The notes under the pieces were generated by a model that saw only the letters and a list, made by a program, of their open reading frames with translations, was not told the DNA's origin and searched no databases. From a virus (taxonomy: Duplodnaviria > Caudoviricetes), in IMG/VR virus record IMGVR_UViG_3300020161_000045, positions 1-24,334 of that record: a stretch of DNA of 24,334 bases, one strand, 5' to 3'. The translations under genes and the position numbers were made by a program. Below, one piece after another: positions 1-10,958 of this stretch. How positions within the stretch are numbered: position 1 is the first letter of the stretch; every line of letters starts with the position of its first letter.

Positions 1-3000
1 ACTTCTAGCATAATTATTTTTCTTGGATCTATAGTTTTAGAGATTAACCATTCCATTATTTTATTAGCCTGATCTTCACTTTGTATATATATAGAGTCTA
101 GACTAAAATCTCTTCTTCCATATTTAGACCTGCTAAGTTTTACATTTTGATATATTTTATCTTGTCTAGATGGAGAAAGTATTGTATTGTTTACTAAAAT
201 TGGGTCTGAAAAATTTGATCTATTTTGAAAATATTTATCAACAGTTAACGTATTTGAAGTATTTTGAGTAAATGTTATTCCTATAATTTGTAAATAGTTT
301 CCAGATGTTTCATCAATATTAATTAGTTTATCTGTAGAATTAAATATTAAAAACTCTGCACCATAGGCGTCTGCGTAAAATCCAGAAGATGTGTATGTCT
401 TTTCACTATTAAAAGTAGGTTTTAATATTGCTCTAAATGCTGGATATGCTTTATCATATCTAACATTAAAATATGCACACTCTCTAAATATAGTTCCAAA
501 CTCTTCATAGTACATATTATATTTAGGAGCATTTTGTGCACTAATTCCTGATAGATAGGTTGCTTGAACAAATCCAGATACGGCGTATTTCTTTAAAGCA
601 TCAGATGAATTTATTTCATTTGTACCAAAGGCTTGACTTACATTTTCAATAATTGTATTTTTACTATCTTGTGAATATTGGTCTTTTAGGGCATATACAT
701 TTTCAAACATACATTTGCTACCCCCTCTTACGAAAAGAGCCATAGAGTTATATCTATTTGGAAGAGGCACAACGTCATCTACTGTAGCAATTTGATTTCC
801 ATTAAGGTATAAATAAAATCTTCTTACTGATCCTATTTCTTTATATTCAACTGCTAAATCATATACGGTTGGATTTTCTTCTTGACTAATCCTATCTTGT
901 CCAACAAACCTACCCTCGTCAACAAGAATTTTAGATAGGCCTCCCCACAATTTATGAGGAACTGCTATTTCATTTCCACCTTGTAGTGCAGTTCTTACCT
1001 TATAAAATAAAATATTGTGTAGAGAAGAAGTTTCTTCTCCAGTATCTTTATCTACTAAATTATAGTTTTCTAAGTTATCTGAACTTAATGTACATATTTC
1101 AAAATAGTATCCAGTTACACCGTTTGGGTCTAGCATAAATGCAATACCGCCAGATCCTCCTGTGAGTGTAGTATTTTGATCTCCAGTTTCTGAAGGAACT
1201 ACATAATACTCGGTTGCATTATTTGCAACTTGAATTCTGTCATTAGATTCTTTTTTACCTATTACTCTCATTCTTGTACCAAAATGTTTATAGTCAGAAT
1301 CTAAAGTTTTTCTTACATGAGATATTTGATTCTTATCAATGTTTGATGCTGGTCCAGTAAATACTAAAGCAGATGATTGAACAGTTCCTTTTGATGTAGT
1401 TTTTTGAGTTTTAACTATATCATCTGAAGGAATTGTTTCTCTTAGAAAGTTTGCTATGATTCCATTTCTTGTAGATTGTTTTGCAATGTCTTTTCCAGCC
1501 TGCCATAATTTATTAGAAGCAGTTGCTGTTGGTGGAGTTGCAATATTATCTGTTGGAGTAGTTGTAAATAGATAACTTGAATCCATCTTAAATCCGTCTA
1601 CGTTATCGTTGTTAGACCAAAAATCACTTAGTCCAGCATCATGTTGTGTAATCAATGTTCCAAACTGTGCTCTTCCACTTTTATTAACTTGTCCATTTTT
1701 ATAAATTGTAGAAAACTCTCCTGAGTTATTTAATATGTCTTCATATAATGGCTCAGAATAAATTCTAATTAATCCAGTTGGATACATCTTTCCATTAAAA
1801 GGTAGTTCTCCAAAATACTTTTGATATTCTATTTCATCAGATATCCAAACATTTCCTACTAATGGAACGGTATATTCAACTGCATCATATTTAATAATTT
1901 CTCCATTTGCATATAGGTACCCCTGCATTCTTGGAAGCCAGTAAACATTTTCTCCTATATCAATAATGTTATTGACTATAGAATTATTTTCTACATAAGG
2001 ATGTAAGTTGTTAAGAGTAGTATTTAAAGCAACAGCACCTAGAGTAAATGATCCTGTTTTTGACTTTTCATTAATGGTCTTGCTATTGGTTTGTCCTGGA
2101 ACTTCCCATAAAACAACTGGTTGATATCCATAAGTTCTGTCTTCGTCAACATATATTGCTTGTTGTAGTGATCTAGGTGCCCTTTGAATATATCTAGTAG
2201 TATAGTCAATCTTTCCGTCATTAATAACCTTTGTTTCACCACTTTTTATTTCAATGATGTTTGGTAGGTTAATGCCTTCTTTTTGTCCATATAGTGTAAT
2301 ATCTGTACTTCTATCGTTATCACCTGGTAATAAATATTCTTTTGACATTACGACAAAGTTATTATATTCATCAAAAAACATTGATGATTGAGTTGCTACA
2401 GCAATTCTTTGTAGTACTTCTGCAATGTTTGCATCTGGTTCAATAAATAGATATGGAATTACTTCTTCACTTTTACCTTGAACATTTTTAAATACATAGT
2501 TACTAAATCCTATATTGTCTAATAATACTGCAACTGCATATGTTACTGATACATTTTGTAAAAATAATGGAGGGCATGACTGTGTTTCAAGTCTAAAAAA
2601 CAAATCTCTAAGGTTTACTGTTATATCCTCTAAAGCACTTCCTGCTTTTGGAAAGTCTTCAATATACATACTTTTTATAGGAACAAATTTGTCAAACTCA
2701 TTTACATTTTTTATAACTTCATAAAAATCAACTCTTATATTAGGATTTAATAAATTAGATATAATACTTCCTTGATCATTTTCTAATATATTTTGTTCAC
2801 TAAATGCAAAGTCGTGATTCATCAAAGACATTGTTCCGTTAGAAGCAATAAGGCTACCTACTGGCACTCCAGCAGTATTATTAGGTATGGACTTTGTAAT
2901 TTCAAATCCTACAATATAGTTTGACATATCTGCTTTTAATCTAGGAGATAGTTCAATCAAATCAAAGGTAGTATCTGGGGCAAACATGGTGTCTACCTTT

Positions 3001-4151
3001 ATTCTTAATCCTTTTACAAATACTATGTCTCTATATATTTTATTACCACCAGATATAAAATAATCTGGATCTGTCAAAGAATCTATAACTCCAAGTTTTC
3101 TAGTATCATTATCTTCTAATAGTTGAAATCCATATTCTGCATCATATGTTTCCCATTCTTCATTTTCTGAATTCCAGATATGTAAGATTCCTGGGTTAGT
3201 TGTAGATGATCCTATTAAGTATGATTCTCCATTAGTAGCAGATATAGGTCTTTTATCTACCCCGTCTATTTTGTCAACAAGATAAAAATATTCTTTATAT
3301 TTGTTTGGAACCTTTATTCCATAATAAAGTTCAGCATATCCATCCCAATTAAATATTGGAGATGCGTCTCTTCTTTCAGAATCTTCATTAAAATTAATTC
3401 CTGTAACCCAATTATTATTACTATCTAAGTATTCTATAGACCATCTTTTAGGTATGCTTGATTTAAATCTATTAAATAGTGGATCATTAATAACGTTATT
3501 GTTTACATCCCTTACTACTTCCCCTTGAGATTCTGCTAAATTTGTTTGTATTTTTACAACAATTCTATTGGTTGGAACAGAGTCTTTATAGACAACAAAA
3601 GGACAAGCATCTGATATTTTATATCCAGTTTCATTTGAATCTGTTCTATCAGATCTACCCCTTTCCACACCTTCTTCGGTTCTAAAAGAATTCCAATATT
3701 TAAAGTAATCATTTCTTGATGCCATGTAGTATCTAGGTCTTCTAGCAGACTTTATGTTATCAATGTACTTTCCTGTTTCAAAAAATAAAGGTTTGTTAAT
3801 TCCAGATCTTGGTCTGAATGAATTAAAGCATTCTTTTAAATCATAATACAATTGTCTATCTACTTCTTCGGTACTAAAAAGTAATGATGCTTGATCGTCA
3901 TCAATTAAGGTCTCTGAATCAATCTTTGAAATTAATGCATCTGTATAGTAATTTCCTAAATCAAGGGGGTCATATGAATTTGGTAAATTAAAATAAATAG
4001 AAGATGCAGCATCATTAGGTCTATATCTATAGTTTCCATAGTTTAAAATATTATCAAAACTATTCAAATTCCATTCTGCAACAACAAAAGATTCTGACTT
4101 TAAGGTATTTGTAGTTTGTATATATTCCAATAAGTCTTCATCGACAAACAT
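1..4151 (-). CDS. Large tail-tip / baseplate hub protein with a probable lectin (ConA-like) domain; partial, runs off the left end (>=1383 codons)
   Basis: ATG at 4151 overlaps the upstream stop (TAATG). Hand translation gives MFVDEDLLEYIQTTNTLKSESFVVAEWNLN... The frame is open where checked (about 2400: IPYLFIEPDANIAEVLQRIAVATQSSMFFDEYNNFV, hub-like; about 800: YDLAVEYKEIGSVRRFYLYLNGNQIATVDD, beta-sandwich-like; 3-59: IMEWLISKTIDPRKIIMLE). Absence from the ORF track fits there being no stop in the window. Position after TMP and Dit fits a hub/Tal. Confidence 0.8.
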   Translation of the reverse strand, partial: MFVDEDLLEYIQTTNTLKSESFVVAEWNLNSFDNILNYGNYRYRPNDAASSIYFNLPNSYDPLDLGNYYTDALISKIDSETLIDDDQASLLFSTEEVDRQLYYDLKECFNSFRPRSGINKPLFFETGKYIDNIKSARRPRYYMASRNDYFKYWNSFRTEEGVERGRSDRTDSNETGYKISDACPFVVYKDSVPTNRIVVKIQTNLAESQGEVVRDVNNNVINDPLFNRFKSSIPKRWSIEYLDSNNNWVTGINFNEDSERRDASPIFNWDGYAELYYGIKVPNKYKEYFYLVDKIDGVDKRPISATNGESYLIGSSTTNPGILHIWNSENEEWETYDAEYGFQLLEDNDTRKLGVIDSLTDPDYFISGGNKIYRDIVFVKGLRIKVDTMFAPDTTFDLIELSPRLKADMSNYIVGFEITKSIPNNTAGVPVGSLIASNGTMSLMNHDFAFSEQNILENDQGSIISNLLNPNIRVDFYEVIKNVNEFDKFVPIKSMYIEDFPKAGSALEDITVNLRDLFFRLETQSCPPLFLQNVSVTYAVAVLLDNIGFSNYVFKNVQGKSEEVIPYLFIEPDANIAEVLQRIAVATQSSMFFDEYNNFVVMSKEYLLPGDNDRSTDITLYGQKEGINLPNIIEIKSGETKVINDGKIDYTTRYIQRAPRSLQQAIYVDEDRTYGYQPVVLWEVPGQTNSKTINEKSKTGSFTLGAVALNTTLNNLHPYVENNSIVNNIIDIGENVYWLPRMQGYLYANGEIIKYDAVEYTVPLVGNVWISDEIEYQKYFGELPFNGKMYPTGLIRIYSEPLYEDILNNSGEFSTIYKNGQVNKSGRAQFGTLITQHDAGLSDFWSNNDNVDGFKMDSSYLFTTTPTDNIATPPTATASNKLWQAGKDIAKQSTRNGIIANFLRETIPSDDIVKTQKTTSKGTVQSSALVFTGPASNIDKNQISHVRKTLDSDYKHFGTRMRVIGKKESNDRIQVANNATEYYVVPSETGDQNTTLTGGSGGIAFMLDPNGVTGYYFEICTLSSDNLENYNLVDKDTGEETSSLHNILFYKVRTALQGGNEIAVPHKLWGGLSKILVDEGRFVGQDRISQEENPTVYDLAVEYKEIGSVRRFYLYLNGNQIATVDDVVPLPNRYNSMALFVRGGSKCMFENVYALKDQYSQDSKNTIIENVSQAFGTNEINSSDALKKYAVSGFVQATYLSGISAQNAPKYNMYYEEFGTIFRECAYFNVRYDKAYPAFRAILKPTFNSEKTYTSSGFYADAYGAEFLIFNSTDKLINIDETSGNYLQIIGITFTQNTSNTLTVDKYFQNRSNFSDPILVNNTILSPSRQDKIYQNVKLSRSKYGRRDFSLDSIYIQSEDQANKIMEWLISKTIDPRKIIMLE

Positions 4152-4741
4152 TATACTTCCTCAAGTTCTACTGAGATATTCCAAAAATCAAAATTAGATC
4201 CACCACGTTTTGCTATATTAAAATTAAATGAAGAAAAATAAACTTCAACAATATCATTGTACTGATTAAGATGATCAAACTGATCATTTTGTCCATCAAA
4301 CTTATCATGTCTATCGTATGCCATAAACATATAGAATGATCCAGGATGTTCTTCATACCACTTTACTATATCTACACCTCCTGCACCACCGTCAGCGGTA
4401 TATTCGGTTAAGCCAGAGGCTGGGTTTCCATAGGCATTATAATTTGGATTATCACTATGTGATCTAGATGGAAGCATTTCCCAATTCCAAGAAATAGCAA
4501 GTTTATCTGCTATATGATATGAACGCATATTTCCATTAATCATTCTTTTTCTATTTTCAATTCTATTTTGAGATACTGATATCTCTCTACGATTATGATC
4601 TGATAATATAATAAAATCTTCAAATTCATTACCCTGTGGAACTACAATGCCACCACTAACACTTCCACTATTGTTTGACCATGCAATAGCCTGGGGTCTA
4701 CTATAAGCCCATCTATTCTGCATATATACACTTGTTGCCAT
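4151..4741 (-). CDS. Distal-tail (Dit)-like minor tail protein
   Basis: 196 aa immediately after the tape measure, coupled by TAATG at both ends. RIENRKRMINGNMRSYHIADK-type hairpin motif and C-terminal beta strand (WNISVELEEV) resemble Dit-like proteins. Call rests on synteny plus motif. Confidence 0.65.
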   Translation of the reverse strand: MATSVYMQNRWAYSRPQAIAWSNNSGSVSGGIVVPQGNEFEDFIILSDHNRREISVSQNRIENRKRMINGNMRSYHIADKLAISWNWEMLPSRSHSDNPNYNAYGNPASGLTEYTADGGAGGVDIVKWYEEHPGSFYMFMAYDRHDKFDGQNDQFDHLNQYNDIVEVYFSSFNFNIAKRGGSNFDFWNISVELEEV

Positions 4742-7700
4742 TAGTATCTATTTCCCCTTACGCCTCTATCTTGAGTCATCTTAATTTTATTAATAACCAC
4801 ATTTGCTATTTCATTTGCAGAAGCATTAGTATCTGCAACATTTACATTTACACTATAATTATACATTGGTGCACTTATGTTTGAAACATTTGATGTGGTT
4901 AATACTGGAGATGCTTCCATACCCTCAGAATTCATACTTGGAAACACATTTCCATTTAAAGCCTCTAGAAGAGGTAAATTAGCCTGTGTAACAGACTTCC
5001 TTACTACGAACTCACCTGGTGTTAAAAGTGCTGGTACCTTGTCTGTAATGCCTACTCCAGGCACCATAGAGCCAACTGCATACTTCTTCATCTTTCCACC
5101 ATAATTCATTCCTGGTGCTGGCTCTCTTGATCCTTTATAATTTACCATTCCACCAGTCATATACTTCATCAAACCACCATACATTCCAGTCTGTGTTTTT
5201 TTCTTTGGTGATGATGCTGAAGCAATTGCAGCAAGTGCTTGTTGCTTAGCATTATTAATATCTACAACTCCTTTTGATATTGCATCTTTTGCAGATTTAA
5301 ATGTGGCATAAATATCAGCACCAGTAGCAACTAGTCCTGATTTTCTATCTCCCCATAGTGAAGATATTCCAGTCATAAATGATAAAGAGTTAGATGCTTC
5401 AGTTTCTGCTTTTTTGAATAGAGATGCAGATAGTTTAAATGAGTCTCCAACTGACTTTGTGTGTCCTGCTAATTCTTGTATTGATTTTTGAGATGTTTGA
5501 ACTGCTGATGTTATTTCAACTGAAATTGCTGAAAGGTCAATTCCTAATTCTTTAGATAATCCACCAAATGCTCCAGCACCTTGTATGTTAGAAATTCCAA
5601 GAGTTGTACCCATTGATTGTGCTTGAGTTAATAGCATGTCTCTTTGAGTTCTATTAGCACTGTTTCTTATTTCTCCAACAACAGACATTAGTTGAGACAG
5701 TGTTTGAATTTTAAATTGTTTTTCTACTAGAACAGTTTTCTCTTTTTCAAGTTGTACAAGTCTTTCTTGTTGAGCATTTATTTGATCTTGTATTTGAACT
5801 CTTGTCATCAATTTGCCATTAACTTCTTCTGTAATATTGTTAATGTCTACTTGTTTTTGTTCTTCTAATGCTAACTTGGCATCTTCTAATTGATACCCCG
5901 CTGCTGCTGAAGTCATCTCTGCTGCTGCTCTTGCGGCTGTACCAAAGTCTCCAGATGTTAAAGCCCCTGCTAAATCTATTTGATTTTGTTGCTGTGCTGC
6001 AAGTCTTTCATTTGCTCTCTCAACTGCATCAAGTGCCTTAACTCTATCTTCATATCTTTTATTAATAGCATCTTCTTTTTTAGTTATCTTATCAAGTGTC
6101 TTTTGATATAGATCTATTGTTTCTTGAACTGGTTTAATGCTAGTTCTTTCTAACTGTTTAACCTGTGAATCAATAAGTGCAGATGATACCGTTAATGTAT
6201 CTGATAATCTTTGATTTTCGTCTTTCAATGCTTCGGTTGTCATTGCCGCAATTCTTTGTTCTTCGTTCAATGACTTAATAGACTGTATTTGTTTTCCAAT
6301 AACCTGCTCACTTAATTGAACCGCTTCTAATTGCTCTAATTGAGCCGCTGCAGCAGGATCTAAACCTTTCATCTTAAGTTCTAACAATGCTTTTAAATAT
6401 TCAAGTGCACTAACTTTTCTTTCTTCGTCACCACCTTCTTTGGTTGTTTGAAAATCTTGAGTAGCCTTTGTAGCAATCAACATGCCTTTTTCAACATCTG
6501 CAATTTCATCATTAAGTTGTTTTATTCTTCTTCCAGTTTGTGGACTTGGTTTTAAATTAAATAATGCTTCTCTTTCTTGAATTAAATCTGATATCTTTGT
6601 GGAACCAGTAGAAAATATAGCCATAAATTGTAATACTTTTTTAGGATCATCTTTTAATGAACTCCACATTTCTTGGAACATAATTAAACTATCAGCACCA
6701 AATATATTACTATCTATAACATATTGATATTTTTCATCTACAGTTTTTAGTGCAACAAGTTTGTCATACAAAGTATCTATATTCATTATGTCTTTTTTGT
6801 CTAGATCTTTTATAACTACTTCTTTTCCTATAAGATCTGGGAACTCATCTATTACAGTAAGACCTTCTTGGAATTTTGTAAAGTCCTCAGTAGTCATTTT
6901 ATCTGTATCTATTGATAATACTAAGTTAATTAAGGATGGATAGTTTACAACTTTTTCTAATAATGGTACGAGTTTTAGAACTTCGTTACCACCCCTTTGT
7001 TCTATTAATAATGAAAATTCTTTTCTTTGTTCTTCGTCCATTGTCAAATAAGACTTAGCCAAAGAAGTTGCAGCCTCTTCTCCAATTGTCACAAAGTCTA
7101 AACTAAATAGTCTGTTAAATGTTTTCTTTCCTTCGGAAGTCTCTCCCATTTCTTGAGCAATCAACGCTGCAATCTGAGGATCTATAGTTCCAGCATTTAC
7201 AGAAATTCTTAAATTAGCGTTGGCTAATGTTTGACCTTCAGTAAGTTTTAATAATTCTTTAATAATAGGGGTGTCTCCATATAGAGATTTTATAGAGTCT
7301 CCTAAACCTGTAAACATTTCTGATTGAACTTGATCAAACTTTTCAGTATTATATATTGTTTGATTTTGTAATGTTTCAATTGACTTTAGTTCACCCTTAT
7401 ATTGTTTAATTTCTTGAAGTGTTTTATTATATTGCTCTCTACTTGTCTTAGGATCAAACCTTGTTAATCTTTGTTCTGCCTTTGTTAAGTTCTCTTCTGC
7501 AATAAGTTTCTTCTTTTCTAAACGATCTAAGTCTTGATTATATTGAGCAAAGTCTTTTGCATCAGGTAAAAATTGTTTAAACATATCTTTTCTTTGATCT
7601 TCTAATAATTTTTGAAGTTTTGTAACATTGCTTAATTTTTCTTGCTCTAATAATTCTGCTCCAGTTTGATCTCCTGTTTGTTTCATTTTTTCAATAATTA

Positions 7701-10700
7701 CATCGTATCCAGTTATAACATTTGCTATATTTTCTCTTTGTGTTACTAATCCTGAGTTTTGTAAAGCAATTAATAGTCCTATAGATCTTCTGGCCTCATC
7801 AGCCCTTCCTGACCAAAATGCAGATATTTTTTCTAATTCAGATCCTAATTCGCCTACTTTTTCTTTTGCATTATTTATTTCCATTGAAGAATTTGAGTTT
7901 AAGGTAAGTGCAACCTGCATTGGTGTTTTTGTTAAATCTTCTCCATTAGGGCCAACTATGCTGGTTAAAGTTCCTGCAATTGCAAAACCTAAGTTTGTGT
8001 CTTTTAATTGTTGACCTAATGCATAGGATATTGATTGTGCTTGATCCTGACTCATAAGTCCACTTGCTACAGCCTGTGCCAATTTAGTTCCAATAGCATC
8101 TCTTGTTTTAGCAAAACTTCCTTCTGTTGTTTTTCTTATATTTTCAACTTCTTTTAAGAATGTTTTTCCTTGCTCTGATTCTAAAAAGTTTTTACCTTCT
8201 GTTAGAAGTTCATTCATTGATCTATTTCCAGTAAACATCTTATCTAATTGTTTTTGATAGTTTGACTTGTTACCAAAATAGTCTCCCATGGACTTAATGT
8301 TTTTAGTAGTCAAAGTCATGGCATTTCCTAATTCAATACCTTTTTTAACCTGAGCCTCATTTGATTTTTGTATTGCATAAAGTGATGCAACAACTACTAC
8401 TGCTGCAGCAGCAATTCCTGATTTCATTCCAACAACTACAGACGATAGCATACTTAAGCCCATTCCAGCAATCATCATTTTATTTGCAAACTCATTTTGT
8501 CCACCAGACATAATTGATGACATCATGGCAACACTTCCTATAGCACCACTTGCCATACTTATTCTTCCTGCATATTTAGCAGTTGTATTAGTTGCTTTAT
8601 TTGTTTGTGCAGCAAAATTTTCTGCTGCTCTTGCAGCAAGTATGTTTGCCTTTACTGCAATATTTTCAGAAACAAACCTACCCCTAGTATCTCTAAAATT
8701 AACTCTTCCTGTTTTATCTTGGCTAATTCTATAACCAGGATTTAATTCTTTTTGTGAATATTGTGGATTAAGTCCTTCTGCGTATTGTTTAACAGCACCT
8801 TTATTTATACTTTGTAAAAATGGTGCATATTTTTGAGAAGCATCTTTATTTATTACAAACTCGCCAGGAGTTAGTAGTGTTGGAATTGTATCTTGATTTC
8901 CAGATCCTGGAACCATACCACCTGTAGCCATTTTTTTAGGACTTCTTATTGATCTTCGTGCTGCTGTTGATGGGGCCATTACTCCTTTACCCATTGAAGC
9001 AGCAAGTTTATCTTGATTAGCAAATGCAAGAACTAGTTCTGTATTTAATAATTGTAGTTGTTTTGTTACTGAAGGAAGAATCGTTGCTTGTTTTCTAAGT
9101 GATGTAGTCGCAGCCTCAGTAGACATAGACAATTGTTTTGCTGCATCAGCAGATTTTAATTCTTCTAAACTTGCATAATTTGCAGACTGACCTATTAATT
9201 TTAATGCTTGAGGAAATCCACCACTAATCATTCCTTTTCCAACTAATGCAAAGTTTTGACCAAACTTAAAAAGTTGACCTATCAAGTTAAATAATAAACC
9301 ACTAAACATTAAGAATGTAGGAACAATAAGTCCAACAAGGATTGTACCAAATCCTATTATATTTTTAATTCCATCTGGTAAGTTATTAAATGCATTAGCA
9401 ACTGCGGCAGCAAATTTTACAAATGGTGTTGCTGCTCTAACAAACATTTCTCCTATAGGTGCTATAGATAATTTAAATTCTTCTATTGCTGCTTTTAGTT
9501 TTGTTCCATAGGCTTCTTCTATTCTTGATAATTCTCGATCTGACAAATTAGCAAGTTCTGCTGTAGAGTATTTCATTAAGTCTATAACTTGTGCTGCTTG
9601 AGATCCTTCTCTTCCAATGTTTTCAAATAATGCACCTAGTCTTGCGTATTGATATTTACCAAAAACTTTTTCTAATGCTTGTTGTCTTGAAAACATGTCT
9701 AGACCTTGTAAGGCTTGTCCAAAGTCCATGACGAGACCCATTAAGTCTCCTCTATTTGTTTGAATAATTGAATCAAGGTTTATATTAAATCCTGCTAATG
9801 TTTCGGTAGCGGCTTTTGTTGGATTAACTAAAGATGCCAAACCTGACTTTAATGCGTTTGCACCTTGTTCAGCAGATACCCCACCTTCTTGCATTGCTGC
9901 TAGAAATACTGTTAAGTCTTTTACATCTCCACCAAGTCCTCTAACAACTGGTGCTACACGAGGTATTGCTTGTGATATATCTTCCAAACTTACAACAGTT
10001 TGGTTTTCTACTGCGTTTAAAAAGTCAATTGTTTGAGCAAGTTCGTTACCACTAATTTGAAAAGCACTTTGTAAAGCGATGGTTGCTTTAAGTGCTGTAT
10101 TTTGTTCCATCTGTCCAAGAGTTGCTAATCTTGTTGCTTGAATTACTGCATCTCTTAATTCAACATCTCTTCTACCTGCTGCTGCTACTTGTCCAGCCAA
10201 TGCGAGAGTATCTTTTACTGCTATACCATATTTTGTAAATCCTTCTGCTAATTCCATTACTGAATCTAAGTTTTGTTGTGTTTGTTCTGTTGTTGTAAAT
10301 ACGTCTCCATAAACTCTTTTAAAATATACTGCTTGTTGCTCTAGTTCCATGAAGACTTTTCCTGCTGTGCTTCCTAGAATAGTTAATGGAACAGTAAAAC
10401 CTACCATCAACTGACGTCCAGCCCATTGGGTATTTTTACCAAAATTAATTAATTGTGTAGTTCCTTGTCTAAATAAATTACTTAAAAGTTGTTGTCTTTG
10501 AGCACTAATTTGAAGTTGATCATTAAATGCACTTACATTGCTTATTCTTAATGACTCTTGAAATCCTTTTGATGACTGCCCAGCCATAAGTAGGCTACTT
10601 GATAATACTCTTGCTCTTTCGTTTGCTAAATCTAAAACTCTATTATAACTAGTTCCATTTTTTACAAATTTTGCATCAAAATATTGGGATAAAGTTCCTC

Positions 10701-10953
10701 TACCTCTTGCTAGTGTCTTATCTAAAATAGAGGCACTAGTTCTAACCTTTTCAAATTCTGCAGTAAAAAGTTTTGTATTTGCAGCAGCATTTTTTATATC
10801 ATTTGCAATATTTTGGATACCAGAAAGTTGTCTTCTGTTTGATAAATTTGCAGCAGCATTAAAAGCATTTAATTGTTGGGTTAAACCTTTAATAGCATTT
10901 TTAGCCTGAACAACATCGGCATTAATATGTATATTGGCATTTACATCAGCCAC
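4741..10953 (-). CDS. Tail tape measure protein (TP901-type core)
   Basis: 2070 aa, GTG start with SD GAGGAGG (10964-10970). Ala/Gln/Leu-rich and helical, with a TMP core motif (LAAMQEGGVSAEQGANALKSGLASLVNPT), hydrophobic segments and coiled coils. Follows the frameshifted chaperone. Confidence 0.95.
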   Translation of the reverse strand: MADVNANIHINADVVQAKNAIKGLTQQLNAFNAAANLSNRRQLSGIQNIANDIKNAAANTKLFTAEFEKVRTSASILDKTLARGRGTLSQYFDAKFVKNGTSYNRVLDLANERARVLSSSLLMAGQSSKGFQESLRISNVSAFNDQLQISAQRQQLLSNLFRQGTTQLINFGKNTQWAGRQLMVGFTVPLTILGSTAGKVFMELEQQAVYFKRVYGDVFTTTEQTQQNLDSVMELAEGFTKYGIAVKDTLALAGQVAAAGRRDVELRDAVIQATRLATLGQMEQNTALKATIALQSAFQISGNELAQTIDFLNAVENQTVVSLEDISQAIPRVAPVVRGLGGDVKDLTVFLAAMQEGGVSAEQGANALKSGLASLVNPTKAATETLAGFNINLDSIIQTNRGDLMGLVMDFGQALQGLDMFSRQQALEKVFGKYQYARLGALFENIGREGSQAAQVIDLMKYSTAELANLSDRELSRIEEAYGTKLKAAIEEFKLSIAPIGEMFVRAATPFVKFAAAVANAFNNLPDGIKNIIGFGTILVGLIVPTFLMFSGLLFNLIGQLFKFGQNFALVGKGMISGGFPQALKLIGQSANYASLEELKSADAAKQLSMSTEAATTSLRKQATILPSVTKQLQLLNTELVLAFANQDKLAASMGKGVMAPSTAARRSIRSPKKMATGGMVPGSGNQDTIPTLLTPGEFVINKDASQKYAPFLQSINKGAVKQYAEGLNPQYSQKELNPGYRISQDKTGRVNFRDTRGRFVSENIAVKANILAARAAENFAAQTNKATNTTAKYAGRISMASGAIGSVAMMSSIMSGGQNEFANKMMIAGMGLSMLSSVVVGMKSGIAAAAVVVVASLYAIQKSNEAQVKKGIELGNAMTLTTKNIKSMGDYFGNKSNYQKQLDKMFTGNRSMNELLTEGKNFLESEQGKTFLKEVENIRKTTEGSFAKTRDAIGTKLAQAVASGLMSQDQAQSISYALGQQLKDTNLGFAIAGTLTSIVGPNGEDLTKTPMQVALTLNSNSSMEINNAKEKVGELGSELEKISAFWSGRADEARRSIGLLIALQNSGLVTQRENIANVITGYDVIIEKMKQTGDQTGAELLEQEKLSNVTKLQKLLEDQRKDMFKQFLPDAKDFAQYNQDLDRLEKKKLIAEENLTKAEQRLTRFDPKTSREQYNKTLQEIKQYKGELKSIETLQNQTIYNTEKFDQVQSEMFTGLGDSIKSLYGDTPIIKELLKLTEGQTLANANLRISVNAGTIDPQIAALIAQEMGETSEGKKTFNRLFSLDFVTIGEEAATSLAKSYLTMDEEQRKEFSLLIEQRGGNEVLKLVPLLEKVVNYPSLINLVLSIDTDKMTTEDFTKFQEGLTVIDEFPDLIGKEVVIKDLDKKDIMNIDTLYDKLVALKTVDEKYQYVIDSNIFGADSLIMFQEMWSSLKDDPKKVLQFMAIFSTGSTKISDLIQEREALFNLKPSPQTGRRIKQLNDEIADVEKGMLIATKATQDFQTTKEGGDEERKVSALEYLKALLELKMKGLDPAAAAQLEQLEAVQLSEQVIGKQIQSIKSLNEEQRIAAMTTEALKDENQRLSDTLTVSSALIDSQVKQLERTSIKPVQETIDLYQKTLDKITKKEDAINKRYEDRVKALDAVERANERLAAQQQNQIDLAGALTSGDFGTAARAAAEMTSAAAGYQLEDAKLALEEQKQVDINNITEEVNGKLMTRVQIQDQINAQQERLVQLEKEKTVLVEKQFKIQTLSQLMSVVGEIRNSANRTQRDMLLTQAQSMGTTLGISNIQGAGAFGGLSKELGIDLSAISVEITSAVQTSQKSIQELAGHTKSVGDSFKLSASLFKKAETEASNSLSFMTGISSLWGDRKSGLVATGADIYATFKSAKDAISKGVVDINNAKQQALAAIASASSPKKKTQTGMYGGLMKYMTGGMVNYKGSREPAPGMNYGGKMKKYAVGSMVPGVGITDKVPALLTPGEFVVRKSVTQANLPLLEALNGNVFPSMNSEGMEASPVLTTSNVSNISAPMYNYSVNVNVADTNASANEIANVVINKIKMTQDRGVRGNRY

Positions 10954-10958
10954 TTAAT

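Noticed and set aside
2039-2724. Short ORFs 2039..2242 (-) and 2515..2724 (+)
   Set aside because: They lie inside the long tail-tip reading frame as alternative-frame or antisense artefacts.
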